Shown here piece after piece: positions 8,804-18,009 of a stretch of 61,097 nt of DNA. The stretch's first letter is position 1, and each line of letters begins with the position of its first letter. Origin of the DNA: Candidatus Kapaibacterium sp. (GTDB taxonomy: Bacteria; Bacteroidota; Ignavibacteria; Kapaibacteriales; Kapaibacteriaceae). Both the position numbers and the translations under genes were made by a program. The stretch lies in assembly GCA_018883125.1 (NCBI GenBank), contig VEQR01000006.1, positions 1 to 61,097 on the forward strand, written 5' to 3'. The notes under the pieces were generated by a model that made no database searches, was not told the origin of the DNA, and worked only from the letters and a program-made list of their open reading frames with translations.

Positions 8804-9798
8804 AGCCAGCGATTCTTCGTGTACCAGGCCACGGTTTCGCTGATACCTTCGTGCAATGATACTTGCTGTTTATAGCCGATCTCTGATCGTGCCTTCTGTG
8901 TGCTGCAGATCCAATAGGGTTGGATTAGGTCTCGCCCCTTTTCATAGTTCAGCACAGGGGGCTTGCCAGAGAGCTTGCCAACAAATCCAACGATCCCGGC
9001 AATACCGAGAACGGCCGCATGAGGTAGTCGAACAGAAACAAGTCGGCGTTTACCCATTACCGCACCGGTCATCGCAGCGATTTGAGGCCATGTATAGAAC
9101 TCATCCGATGAGATGAAGTAGGTCTGACCAACGGCCCGCTCGCTCATAGCGGCAAGGACGATGCCGCGGGCCAAATCTCGCACGTGTACCAAGCTCACAC
9201 TCTTGTCACCAAAGCCAATATAGGTTGCCAGTCCCTTGCTGACGGTCTGAAAGAAGGTCAGAACGGCCTCGTCTCGTGGACCATACACAGCGGGCGGACG
9301 CACGATGGTCGAGGGGATATCGGACGCTTCGCGCACGACATCCTCTGCAAGTTTTTTTGTTCTTCCGTAGGCCGTAATCGGGCGCAGCGGAGAGTTCTCG
9401 TCCACCGGCGCATCACCTGATGCAGCAGGCCCTACAACAGCCAGCGAGGAGATGTGCACAAACCGCGCGAGGCCGGGATTGTATGCCCGTACAGCGTCGA
9501 GCAGGTTGCGCGTTGCTTCAAAATTGCCACGAAGAAACTCCTGTTCGTTCTTGGCTGCAGTCAGCCCGGCCACATGGATCACAATGTCGATATCCTCAAC
9601 AGCCCCTTTCAGGGAGTTCACATCGAAGAGTGAACCATCGACGCGCGTGACGTCCTTTCCCTCGAGCCACCGAAGATTCGAGGTAGAACGGGCAATGTAT
9701 CGAACCGAGTGCCCCTGCTCGAGAAGAACATCAACAACATGGCTTCCAACAAATCCGGTGGCACCGGTAACAAGTACGTTCAAGGGTTCCTCGATCAA
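8800..9798 (-). CDS. NAD-dependent epimerase/dehydratase (extended SDR)
   Basis: TGATGFVG, HVAG, YGRTK (YxxxK), RPPAVYGP. Confidence 0.92.
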   Translation of the reverse strand: MIEEPLNVLVTGATGFVGSHVVDVLLEQGHSVRYIARSTSNLRWLEGKDVTRVDGSLFDVNSLKGAVEDIDIVIHVAGLTAAKNEQEFLRGNFEATRNLLDAVRAYNPGLARFVHISSLAVVGPAASGDAPVDENSPLRPITAYGRTKKLAEDVVREASDIPSTIVRPPAVYGPRDEAVLTFFQTVSKGLATYIGFGDKSVSLVHVRDLARGIVLAAMSERAVGQTYFISSDEFYTWPQIAAMTGAVMGKRRLVSVRLPHAAVLGIAGIVGFVGKLSGKPPVLNYEKGRDLIQPYWICSTQKARSEIGYKQQVSLHEGISETVAWYTKNRWL

Positions 9799-9826
9799 TG
9801 ATAATGTCTGCCAGTGGTGATTAACG

Positions 9827-12800
9827 TCACCGAGTTATGGTAAGCGGAACTGTCCGCACGTGCCGTCCATGTTGAAACCTAACGAAGTAGGCTCCGCTGG
9901 CGAGCTCATGGATCGGCACATCCATACGGTGAAGATCCGTTGACGTCGTAGCAATGACTTGAACCGACAGACGGGCACCCGTTACGGAGCCAACAAGAAT
10001 GTTCACTGGATCGTTGGTTACGGTGGTGAACTCCACGTGAAGCATTTCGTTGCCGTCTGGGACAACGCGGAAAATGATCGGCCGGCCAAGGGAAACAAGT
10101 CCAGCGGAGATATCGCACTCTTTCTCAACAGTCAGAGTACCGTCCTGACCGGTAATGATTGTGCCCGGAGCCATGGCTGTATCAACGTCAAGCACAGTAG
10201 CACTCACGTCCGAGACGTATGTGCGAGCCAGAATTGAGAACAACGAACGCATGGCGATGATCGGGCTGGTTGAAGCAATGGTGACAGTGGCCTGTCCTGG
10301 CACATTCTCCTTAACTGTAACCGTAGCACCCTGCAACGAGGTTGAGGCGGATTCGGGACGCATCAGTAGGGGATTGTAGTTGAGCTCCACGACCATCGAC
10401 CGCAGATCCAGCGAGTCAAGTGGCGTGCCCGAGGTTAAGTCGAACGGCAATGTTACCGGACTGCCGGCAAATGCTGATGCATCCTGCGGGGCAACAATGC
10501 GCAGCCCCGTCACCGTGCCCTTACCAACAGTTGCGCCGGTCAATGTAAGCGAAACGGTATCTGCACAATTGCCACTCGTGCGACTTGACACGCGAATAGT
10601 ATCACGCCGACTGTAATCAACGAATGAATACTCAATGTCGATCTCGGCCTTCTGTTTTGGTGCGAGTGTAGCAGGAAGTGCCGGACGCCGCGCGATGATG
10701 CGAAACGGCGTGGTCACACCATCAAGATCCTCAACACGCACTTCAACTGAGCTGGTGTTGGCAATGGTGATCGTTCGGACGATTGACTCGCCGCTGGTAA
10801 GAGTGCCGAAGTCTGACGTCGAGATCGACGTCGATCGGGAAGGACTACCCGATACACCGCGCAGAACAACCTTCTGAACCACGGAACATGGCTCAATGGT
10901 GTACGAGATCGTGTCCGCAAACGTGCCGGCAGATGGTGGCGTAAACGTTACGTCCACACGCAACGAATCACGGAAACTCTGACCCGAGACAACGGAAACA
11001 GAGAATGGAGCCTTGGCCCCGATAGATGCCAAGCGAGAGCGCAGTCCCGACAAGCCCCGTGCGGAAATGAGAAATGATGACGTTGCCGTTTGTCGTTCAC
11101 AAAGCAGGAGTGTTCCGAAATCGATCTCTGTTCGGTCTTGACTGTACGTAGCATTAAGCATCTGTCCATCGAACTGCACATCAAGCGAGTCATTGCATGG
11201 CTGCAAAACAACCTTTGCATTCAGTGAGAATGTCCCCGATGCTACCGAAGGAGTGATCGTCACCGGCAACAGCTTGGTTGTCTTCGGTGCTATAGTCACG
11301 GCACCGCCACTGTAAGAAATGTCTGACCCCACAATTGATGTGACCGTTACCGGAACAAGTGATGGGTTTGTAACGCTGATTACGGTATCCACGCGCGGAG
11401 AACATTTTAACACCACGCCAAGATCTACTGCAGGCTCATCGACGGTGAGCTGTGGACGATAGGAAGCCCCCTGAACACGGGCACGCAACGTGTCTTGGCA
11501 CGATGCCGATGTATACGGGAAGCCAATGGTTTGAATCACTCCGCGATCAAGGTCAGCACCGAGGGGGCGATACATAACGCTTATGCAAAAGCGTGTGCCA
11601 GGTTCAATTGTCACCGGCTTCGGGATATCCGTCAGTAGGTAGAACGGCGGATCAACACGCGGCACACCGATCACGATAGCTTCCGTGCCGGAATTGGTCA
11701 CGCAGAAGGTCGAGTCCGGGCGGATGTTACCAGTCGGACAAGCTGCATACGTACCGAAGTCGACGCCTGGCTTGTTCAATGCTACAGAGACAGCTGTCCT
11801 CTGACCACGTACGGTGAACGGAATCGGCGTGTTGCAAGGTTGCGCAAGGAACGAGGCAGCTCCTGTTGCTGTGCCGGGTCCTGATGGAGCAAACACCAAG
11901 CGCACGGTCTGACGCTTTCCGGCCTTGATCGCAAAACCTGGGGCCGGCGACACAAGCGCAAAGCCAGAGGGGAAGGATGCGTTGGTGATGGTGACATCTG
12001 CCAAACCCTCATTGATGATCTCAACGTCTACGGTAGTGTCAGCACGACACTGACCGATCGTGCCAAAGTCAACGGAGCTTGGAGAGAGCTTTACCTTGAC
12101 GTTCTGAAAACGAAGCCGAAGGGTTGCCGACACACCCGGACAACCAGCGGAGGTTGCAATTCGGACCTGATAGTCTCCCTCGAGCTTTGCCATATACGTG
12201 CTGGATGTTGCACCGGGAATCACCGCACCATCACGAAGCCACTCATACGTGGCCGCGCTCGTTGTGACCGTAATTTTTACACTATCGCCCGGACAGATGG
12301 TTTGCGACCCGGTTGGCGTTATTTCCACCGAAGGGGCTGGCAGAGCAGTGATAACGATAGGGTCCGAGATGGCCGAGCAGCCATCAGCCCCCTTAATGAC
12401 GAGTCGATACTCTCCTGTCGCACGAACCACGATGCGCGTTGTACCGCCAACAGGAACTGATTGACCATTCACGGTCCAGTCATAGAGCACAGCGTTGGTG
12501 GTCGTGGTGGTAAGGGTTACCGTATCACCCGGACATATCTGGAGCCGCGATGCCTGGATTAGGGGCTTTGTTGGATTACTCTTGGTGATTATAGCCGACT
12601 CTGCCCAACGCTGATCGGTGTACTGGCGTCCGCGTGCAGTGGTATCGTCCGTGACCGATAGCAAATCATCACGGCGGTACCGATAACCATAGACGCGATA
12701 TGAATAACTCATACCGCAAAGAATATTGCTGGAATCCGTCATTCGGCGTCCGAGCTTCGTTGGCCGAATGTCAATAACAGTAGCATTGCCGATCTTCGAT

Positions 12801-13717
12801 CCCTTCGTTATCGTCGAGCCATCGCGGACAGCCCCTACAGGAAATCCAGCAAAGCCGAGAGTGTCGCGAAGGATCAGATACCCTGTGGTCGAATCACCGG
12901 GATTGGGGTCTTCAAGCGCCGTCCATTCTATCGTGTTGGTGTTTGCTGACTGAGCAACAAGCGCAATCGTGGGGGCAGCTGTCCACTTCGGCTCTCGAGT
13001 CTCGCGCCAGAACCAGTGATTGATGTTCGGCACACCAAGAGCGGTGCGCGCAAGATCAAATCGATTGGGTAGTCCACGTGAGTCATTGAATCCAACAACC
13101 ACCGAATCCTTCGTGATGCCTATTCCATAGGAGCCTATCGAACGTCCACTGACACGAACTGACCGTGAGTTCGAAATGTTTGCCGAGTCCAGATTCGCCT
13201 TCGGCATCGGCAACGCATTGTATGACGGACCGGTGGGCTTATTGAAACCGAGCGCATGAACATGTGTCAGATCGCCTTTCATGACTTCAACCAGTTCACC
13301 GGTTTGGTTGATGTTCATGTCGTTATCAACACCGGGAGCAAAGTAGTACGTCGTAAAGAATCGGTTGTCCCGGGCAGACATTTCGAGATACCCATCCGCC
13401 GGGTCTTCGTCGGGAGTATAGCCGGCAGGGAACGCACGGTGCCAGAGAACGATGATCGTACCGGCGCGTAGGTTGCGCCACAGAGGAATATCTCGGAACT
13501 GAGGTCCACCCTGACGTGTGAGCTGACCAGTATTGTTGTCCGTGACGATGAACCCAACGGCATTGAGGTTGTCCGCTACCACAAGCAGTTCCGTCCACTC
13601 CAGCGACGGCTCGACCATGTTGAGATACTCACTGACGACCATCTCCTGCGACTTCATAGGAGAATGGACGGCAACGATGACAATCGCTGCCAGAAGGACA
13701 CGCACGAACGGTTTCAT
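9827..13717 (-). CDS. Large exported multi-domain protein (lamin-tail-like N-terminus, Ig-like, several ASH/choice-of-anchor-D-like repeats, cohesin-like domain, T9SS C-terminal domain)
   Basis: Signal peptide; VVSEY..EWTELLV; repeated (V/I)DFG..C...I.N.G and PF motifs; ELNYNPLLMRP cohesin-like segment; C-terminal LASGAYFVRF...VPLTITR. Confidence 0.75.
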   Translation of the reverse strand: MKPFVRVLLAAIVIVAVHSPMKSQEMVVSEYLNMVEPSLEWTELLVVADNLNAVGFIVTDNNTGQLTRQGGPQFRDIPLWRNLRAGTIIVLWHRAFPAGYTPDEDPADGYLEMSARDNRFFTTYYFAPGVDNDMNINQTGELVEVMKGDLTHVHALGFNKPTGPSYNALPMPKANLDSANISNSRSVRVSGRSIGSYGIGITKDSVVVGFNDSRGLPNRFDLARTALGVPNINHWFWRETREPKWTAAPTIALVAQSANTNTIEWTALEDPNPGDSTTGYLILRDTLGFAGFPVGAVRDGSTITKGSKIGNATVIDIRPTKLGRRMTDSSNILCGMSYSYRVYGYRYRRDDLLSVTDDTTARGRQYTDQRWAESAIITKSNPTKPLIQASRLQICPGDTVTLTTTTTNAVLYDWTVNGQSVPVGGTTRIVVRATGEYRLVIKGADGCSAISDPIVITALPAPSVEITPTGSQTICPGDSVKITVTTSAATYEWLRDGAVIPGATSSTYMAKLEGDYQVRIATSAGCPGVSATLRLRFQNVKVKLSPSSVDFGTIGQCRADTTVDVEIINEGLADVTITNASFPSGFALVSPAPGFAIKAGKRQTVRLVFAPSGPGTATGAASFLAQPCNTPIPFTVRGQRTAVSVALNKPGVDFGTYAACPTGNIRPDSTFCVTNSGTEAIVIGVPRVDPPFYLLTDIPKPVTIEPGTRFCISVMYRPLGADLDRGVIQTIGFPYTSASCQDTLRARVQGASYRPQLTVDEPAVDLGVVLKCSPRVDTVISVTNPSLVPVTVTSIVGSDISYSGGAVTIAPKTTKLLPVTITPSVASGTFSLNAKVVLQPCNDSLDVQFDGQMLNATYSQDRTEIDFGTLLLCERQTATSSFLISARGLSGLRSRLASIGAKAPFSVSVVSGQSFRDSLRVDVTFTPPSAGTFADTISYTIEPCSVVQKVVLRGVSGSPSRSTSISTSDFGTLTSGESIVRTITIANTSSVEVRVEDLDGVTTPFRIIARRPALPATLAPKQKAEIDIEYSFVDYSRRDTIRVSSRTSGNCADTVSLTLTGATVGKGTVTGLRIVAPQDASAFAGSPVTLPFDLTSGTPLDSLDLRSMVVELNYNPLLMRPESASTSLQGATVTVKENVPGQATVTIASTSPIIAMRSLFSILARTYVSDVSATVLDVDTAMAPGTIITGQDGTLTVEKECDISAGLVSLGRPIIFRVVPDGNEMLHVEFTTVTNDPVNILVGSVTGARLSVQVIATTSTDLHRMDVPIHELASGAYFVRFQHGRHVRTVPLTITR

Positions 13718-13748
13718 AGGCCTTAAGAGAGATACATGCGATTCTACG

Positions 13749-13781
13749 AAAAAGGGGCATGCGCTGGCGCATACCCCTTTT
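13749..13781 (-). terminator. Intrinsic terminator (possibly bidirectional) after the Ig-repeat protein gene
   Basis: Minus strand AAAAGGGGTATGCGC-CA-GCGCATGCCCCTTTTT. Confidence 0.8.
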
Positions 13782-13821
13782 GAACCTTCGTATTCGGTGC
13801 TGGATGAACCGGCACCTGTAC

Positions 13822-16800
13822 TTACTTGATCACCAGGACCGAACGCGTCTGAGCTTGACCATTGACGAGAGCAACGAGCTGATACGAGCCAGAGGCCAGG
13901 TCAGCAACGTTGAATGGCAGCGAATGATCGCCACTGATCATCATCGCATCGGTGATCGAGAGAACAGTTTCACCGGTCATGTTCACGAGCGTCAACACAA
14001 CATGAGATGAGCTGCTCAGCGAGAGTTGAACGCGCATGATGCCAGAACCCGGGTTTGGATTGACCGAGTAGCCGGCAACAACATCGCCGTCTTCGTCCAC
14101 GCTGACTACTCCTGGCTTGGTTGTTACGGTGGTTGTGTCGGAGAACTTATCTCCGCACTCCGAACGAACACGACACCAGTACTTACCAGCATCGGTCAGA
14201 GCGTATGCGGCCTTCGTGTAAGTTGGTGTGACCTCACCGGCAAGAGCTGCGCCGTCCTTGAACCACTGATACTGAACCGTTCCGGAGCCCGTTGCTGCAA
14301 GGGTGATGGTCAGCGGCTGTCCGACCGTTGCAGCGACCGTTGCTGGCGGCTGCTGTGTGATCGTTGTGGCGTCGCGAACGGTAACTGTTACCGTATTCGA
14401 TGTAATCGAACCACACGCCGTTGTGATCTTCACAGCATACGATCCTGCGCGAGCAACTGTCGCCGTCAACGTAAGCGTTGGCGACGTCTGACCGGCAAGA
14501 TCAGCACCATTAAAAGTCCACTGATAGGAGAGCGTACCAGCACCCGTGGCCACCACTGAAAGCGAGAAGACCTCACCGGCACATACTGTGTTGCTCATTG
14601 GTGGAGTGGTGATCGTCGGGCTGCCGGCGATGACCAGATTCACAGCACCGGAGGTATTGACGTTCTTATTGTCTTCCAGTTCGGCATAAAGCGTGTATTC
14701 ACCGATATCCTGCGTTGTTACCGGATCGATCGTCAGCGTGCTTGATTGTGCACCAGAATACCGACCGCCATCGGCAACAGGAGCCCCCTTGTACCACCAC
14801 TGAAGGCGAAGCGCACTAGTGGCAGGGTTGGCATAGGCACTTGCCTGGATGACGGCCTTCTGACCGTCGCACACTCCGATGTTGTTTGCAGCGAAGTCAA
14901 CAAAAACACCCGACGTGAGAATACGAGCTTGGCGGGAAGTGGCGGAGCCGCACACACCCACGACAGTGCAATAGTAGTCCGAGCCGAGGTCATTGGCATT
15001 GACGTTGCGGATCTCGAGTCTGTTCGAGGCCGTGCCTACGATGCGACCGTCATCGACAAGAGCAGTTTGGCCCTTGAACCACTGATAGGAGATCGCTTCA
15101 TTCGGAATTTCCGCCTCTACGGTAAGAACTGCTGTTCCACCGATCTTCACTGGCGCGTTTCGCGTCTGATTGACGATCTGCGTTGGACGTGCAACACGGA
15201 CGTGGATGTCGTTTGTGCTTGTGCTTCCGCACTGACCGTATCCCGTGAGTTCGCACCGATACACGCCAGATGTATTGAATTGGGCACGATCGATAACGAA
15301 CAAGGCGTTTGTTGCACCCTCGATCGCAATACCATTCTTGAACCACTGGTAATTGCGCACGGCTCCTGTGGTGACGGCAACCATGGAGACTCTAGCACCG
15401 ACACAAAGGTTCTGCGATGGTGGCTGGGAAACCACGCGCACGGCCTTTGCAACCACGAACGATTGCGAAACGGCACTAATCTCCGGACGATCAACTCCGA
15501 CAACGCGGACAAGACACTGGGTTGCAAACTCAACGTCTGGCACTGTCCAATTCACTGATGTTGATGTTGCCGGCACGATTCCCATTGACTGCCAAGATGC
15601 GCCGTTATTCGACGAGAACTGAACGTCGACATTGGCCATACCGCGGGCCACAAAACGAGCTGTAGATGTTGAACCTGCGCAGAGTGTATCGGCAAACACC
15701 GGAGCCGAAATCGTGATTCGTGGCGTTTGCAGCACGATTGGAGAGGCAAATCCACCAGGACCGGCAGGGTAGGCAACCAGGTCCGAAGGATTTGTCTGGA
15801 CGTTGTTCCAACGACCGTCAGTTGAAATGATCGCGTTGACAATATTACCAGTGATGGCATCACGCTCTTCAATCCGGCGAACGCCCGTTGCCAGTGTGTT
15901 CGGAATGAATGTTGCCCACGAAGAGGCTGAATTCTGACGTGATGCGTAGAAGGTCTCGGCACCTGCAACAAGGGTTCCTTGGCGCTGCACAAGAGCAACG
16001 GTCAGGGGGCGCCCTGTGCCCGCAGTGTTGTCATAAAGAAGCACGTAATTCTTCTCTGACAGCTGCGAGTTGTCGTCCACAATGCCGGTTGCCTGCGTTG
16101 AGAGCACACCGGTACGCAGCGGTGTGGATGTCTGTGCCAGCTGGTACCGATTGATCAGATTACCATTGTTGTCACCAAGAGCTACACGCCACCAGATGGT
16201 ACCGAGTTCCTGGAATGCTGCATTCGTTGACGACACAAGGTTGATCCAGATCGTCTTTGTCGTTTGACCTGGAAGAGTTGAGAACGTCGAGAACTCACCG
16301 GCGTTTGTCAGGGACTTTCCGGCAGCATAGAAGTACGTGTTATCGTTGGCGTTGTAGTGGATATTAAAGCCACCACCAGTCGATGTGAGAATCTGATCAA
16401 GGGCCAGACCCGTGTTGTAGCGATAGGTGGTGTTTGGCGTCAGATTTGTGAATGTCACGCGTGCGAAAACCGGGATCGGGAAGGCCGACACCGAGGAGTT
16501 ACACGTGCCCGATGCAGTTCGGGCATTGATGAACTGGGGCACGATGTCCGTGATCATGCTCGGAGTTGAGAATGCCGTCGAAAACGGAAGCGTCTGCTGG
16601 GCAAGTCCCGGTGCATTCACAACAAGCTGGTAGCTGCCCGCAGCGCTAACCGAAACGTTGTCGAATACGGCCACACCCGCAACCGCCTGAACGCTGGTAA
16701 CGCCTGTGAGGACACCCGTACCCGAAACGCGAGCGATAGAAACTGTTGAAGCGTAATTCTGGTCAACAGAATTGTCGGAACGATATACGGTGACCGTGAT

Positions 16801-17883
16801 CGGATTGAGTGGAACACCAACATAACCGCTCGTCGTTGCACCGCTGATGGCGAAATACGCCGGTGGACCATTTACGGTGAGTGCTGATGAGAGACCCTGC
16901 GTGAGTACCTGGCCGAACGTCGTAAAGGCACGAAGGGTAACACCCGTTTCGGCCACGCTGTAGTTTACTGCTGTAAGATCAACAAAGCTGCTACCTGCTG
17001 GGATGGTTCCGGAGATGGTTCCCGAAACAGAGCCGGTACCGGAGTTGACGGCAATCTGAACACCGGTTGACGTCGTGAGGTTCTTAGCCGCACCCAGAGC
17101 ATCCACTGCGCGCACACGAAGACCGAATGCCGTGTTTTGCGATGGCGACGACGGCACGATGTTCTCAATGGCAAGGTTAGTAGCCGTTCCCACAGTCGAT
17201 TGAGACGAAACCGTCAGGTCATCAAACGTGATTCCCGGACGGCTACCCGAAGAAAAGACCGGTGCCTGGTAGTAGACCCAGCGAAGCTGAACAAATGCCT
17301 GGTTTTCGCAGATGGTTGGCAGAGTTGCTGTGATCGTGCGGAGCGTCGAAACTCCGGAAGCACTCAACGGTGCGACGTATTCAACCGGTACGCCATTGGA
17401 CAGCACATTGGTCCAGGCACTCGTCGTATTAAGACGGTATTGGAGGCGCAATGCATATGGGCGTGTTCCCGAACTGTTTACGGTCGATGTCCACGTGACA
17501 CCGATCTGCGCGCGTCCAACTGTATTTAGCGACAGCAGGGCAGCGCCCACGAAGTTACAGTTACACACCAGTGTGCCAGTATTAATGAACCCAAGACCAC
17601 CTGTACCCAGTCCACTAATGCGAGCGCCACTCGTGAGGTTATACGCGCAGTTCCAGTCGGATGTTGGAAGGGCATCTGATGGCGCATCGATGTCTGCCAC
17701 CATGTGGAACATCATAGCAGTGGGATACGTACCGGCCGGATTGGTGTTCAACCAGTCCGTCAACGTGTAGTTACCACTGCTAAGTGACCACGTGGTAAGG
17801 GGCTGGGTCTGACCATAGACGAGGCCGGACATCAGCACCAAGGTGCACAACAGCGAGATTGAAAATCGTGTGAATGTTTTCAT
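13822..17883 (-). CDS. Large exported protein with tandem I-set-like Ig domains and a T9SS C-terminal domain
   Basis: Likely start MKTFTRF at 17883 (signal peptide), not 17946. Repeated YQW(F/Y)K.G...L.I...D.G.Y.C motifs; C-terminal VSVDE..NPNP..LASGSY..VLVIK. Confidence 0.8.
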   Translation of the reverse strand: MKTFTRFSISLLCTLVLMSGLVYGQTQPLTTWSLSSGNYTLTDWLNTNPAGTYPTAMMFHMVADIDAPSDALPTSDWNCAYNLTSGARISGLGTGGLGFINTGTLVCNCNFVGAALLSLNTVGRAQIGVTWTSTVNSSGTRPYALRLQYRLNTTSAWTNVLSNGVPVEYVAPLSASGVSTLRTITATLPTICENQAFVQLRWVYYQAPVFSSGSRPGITFDDLTVSSQSTVGTATNLAIENIVPSSPSQNTAFGLRVRAVDALGAAKNLTTSTGVQIAVNSGTGSVSGTISGTIPAGSSFVDLTAVNYSVAETGVTLRAFTTFGQVLTQGLSSALTVNGPPAYFAISGATTSGYVGVPLNPITVTVYRSDNSVDQNYASTVSIARVSGTGVLTGVTSVQAVAGVAVFDNVSVSAAGSYQLVVNAPGLAQQTLPFSTAFSTPSMITDIVPQFINARTASGTCNSSVSAFPIPVFARVTFTNLTPNTTYRYNTGLALDQILTSTGGGFNIHYNANDNTYFYAAGKSLTNAGEFSTFSTLPGQTTKTIWINLVSSTNAAFQELGTIWWRVALGDNNGNLINRYQLAQTSTPLRTGVLSTQATGIVDDNSQLSEKNYVLLYDNTAGTGRPLTVALVQRQGTLVAGAETFYASRQNSASSWATFIPNTLATGVRRIEERDAITGNIVNAIISTDGRWNNVQTNPSDLVAYPAGPGGFASPIVLQTPRITISAPVFADTLCAGSTSTARFVARGMANVDVQFSSNNGASWQSMGIVPATSTSVNWTVPDVEFATQCLVRVVGVDRPEISAVSQSFVVAKAVRVVSQPPSQNLCVGARVSMVAVTTGAVRNYQWFKNGIAIEGATNALFVIDRAQFNTSGVYRCELTGYGQCGSTSTNDIHVRVARPTQIVNQTRNAPVKIGGTAVLTVEAEIPNEAISYQWFKGQTALVDDGRIVGTASNRLEIRNVNANDLGSDYYCTVVGVCGSATSRQARILTSGVFVDFAANNIGVCDGQKAVIQASAYANPATSALRLQWWYKGAPVADGGRYSGAQSSTLTIDPVTTQDIGEYTLYAELEDNKNVNTSGAVNLVIAGSPTITTPPMSNTVCAGEVFSLSVVATGAGTLSYQWTFNGADLAGQTSPTLTLTATVARAGSYAVKITTACGSITSNTVTVTVRDATTITQQPPATVAATVGQPLTITLAATGSGTVQYQWFKDGAALAGEVTPTYTKAAYALTDAGKYWCRVRSECGDKFSDTTTVTTKPGVVSVDEDGDVVAGYSVNPNPGSGIMRVQLSLSSSSHVVLTLVNMTGETVLSITDAMMISGDHSLPFNVADLASGSYQLVALVNGQAQTRSVLVIK

Positions 17884-17933
17884 ATGCGAGGCCGCATGAT
17901 GTGAATAGAGGGTTTCTGCCGAATGCATTTGCG

Positions 17934-17942
17934 GCAAAACTA
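17934..17942 (-). promoter_or_regulatory. Putative -7 promoter box TAGTTTTGC for the Ig-repeat gene
   Basis: Exact TAnnTTTG match immediately after the upstream terminator. Confidence 0.6.
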
Positions 17943-17944
17943 TC

Positions 17945-17988
17945 AAAAAAAGAGCCCCCTGACATACCCAAATAGGTTACCAGGGGGC
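17945..17988 (-). terminator. Intrinsic terminator after the M3 peptidase operon
   Basis: Minus strand GCCCCCTG...CAGGGGGC followed by TCTTTTTTT. Confidence 0.8.
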
Positions 17989-18009
17989 ATTATGGATTGG
18001 TTTTATGAA

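Noticed and set aside
14746-15558. 270-aa plus-strand ORF
   Set aside because: Antisense shadow of the Ig-repeat gene; no motifs and no ribosome-binding context.
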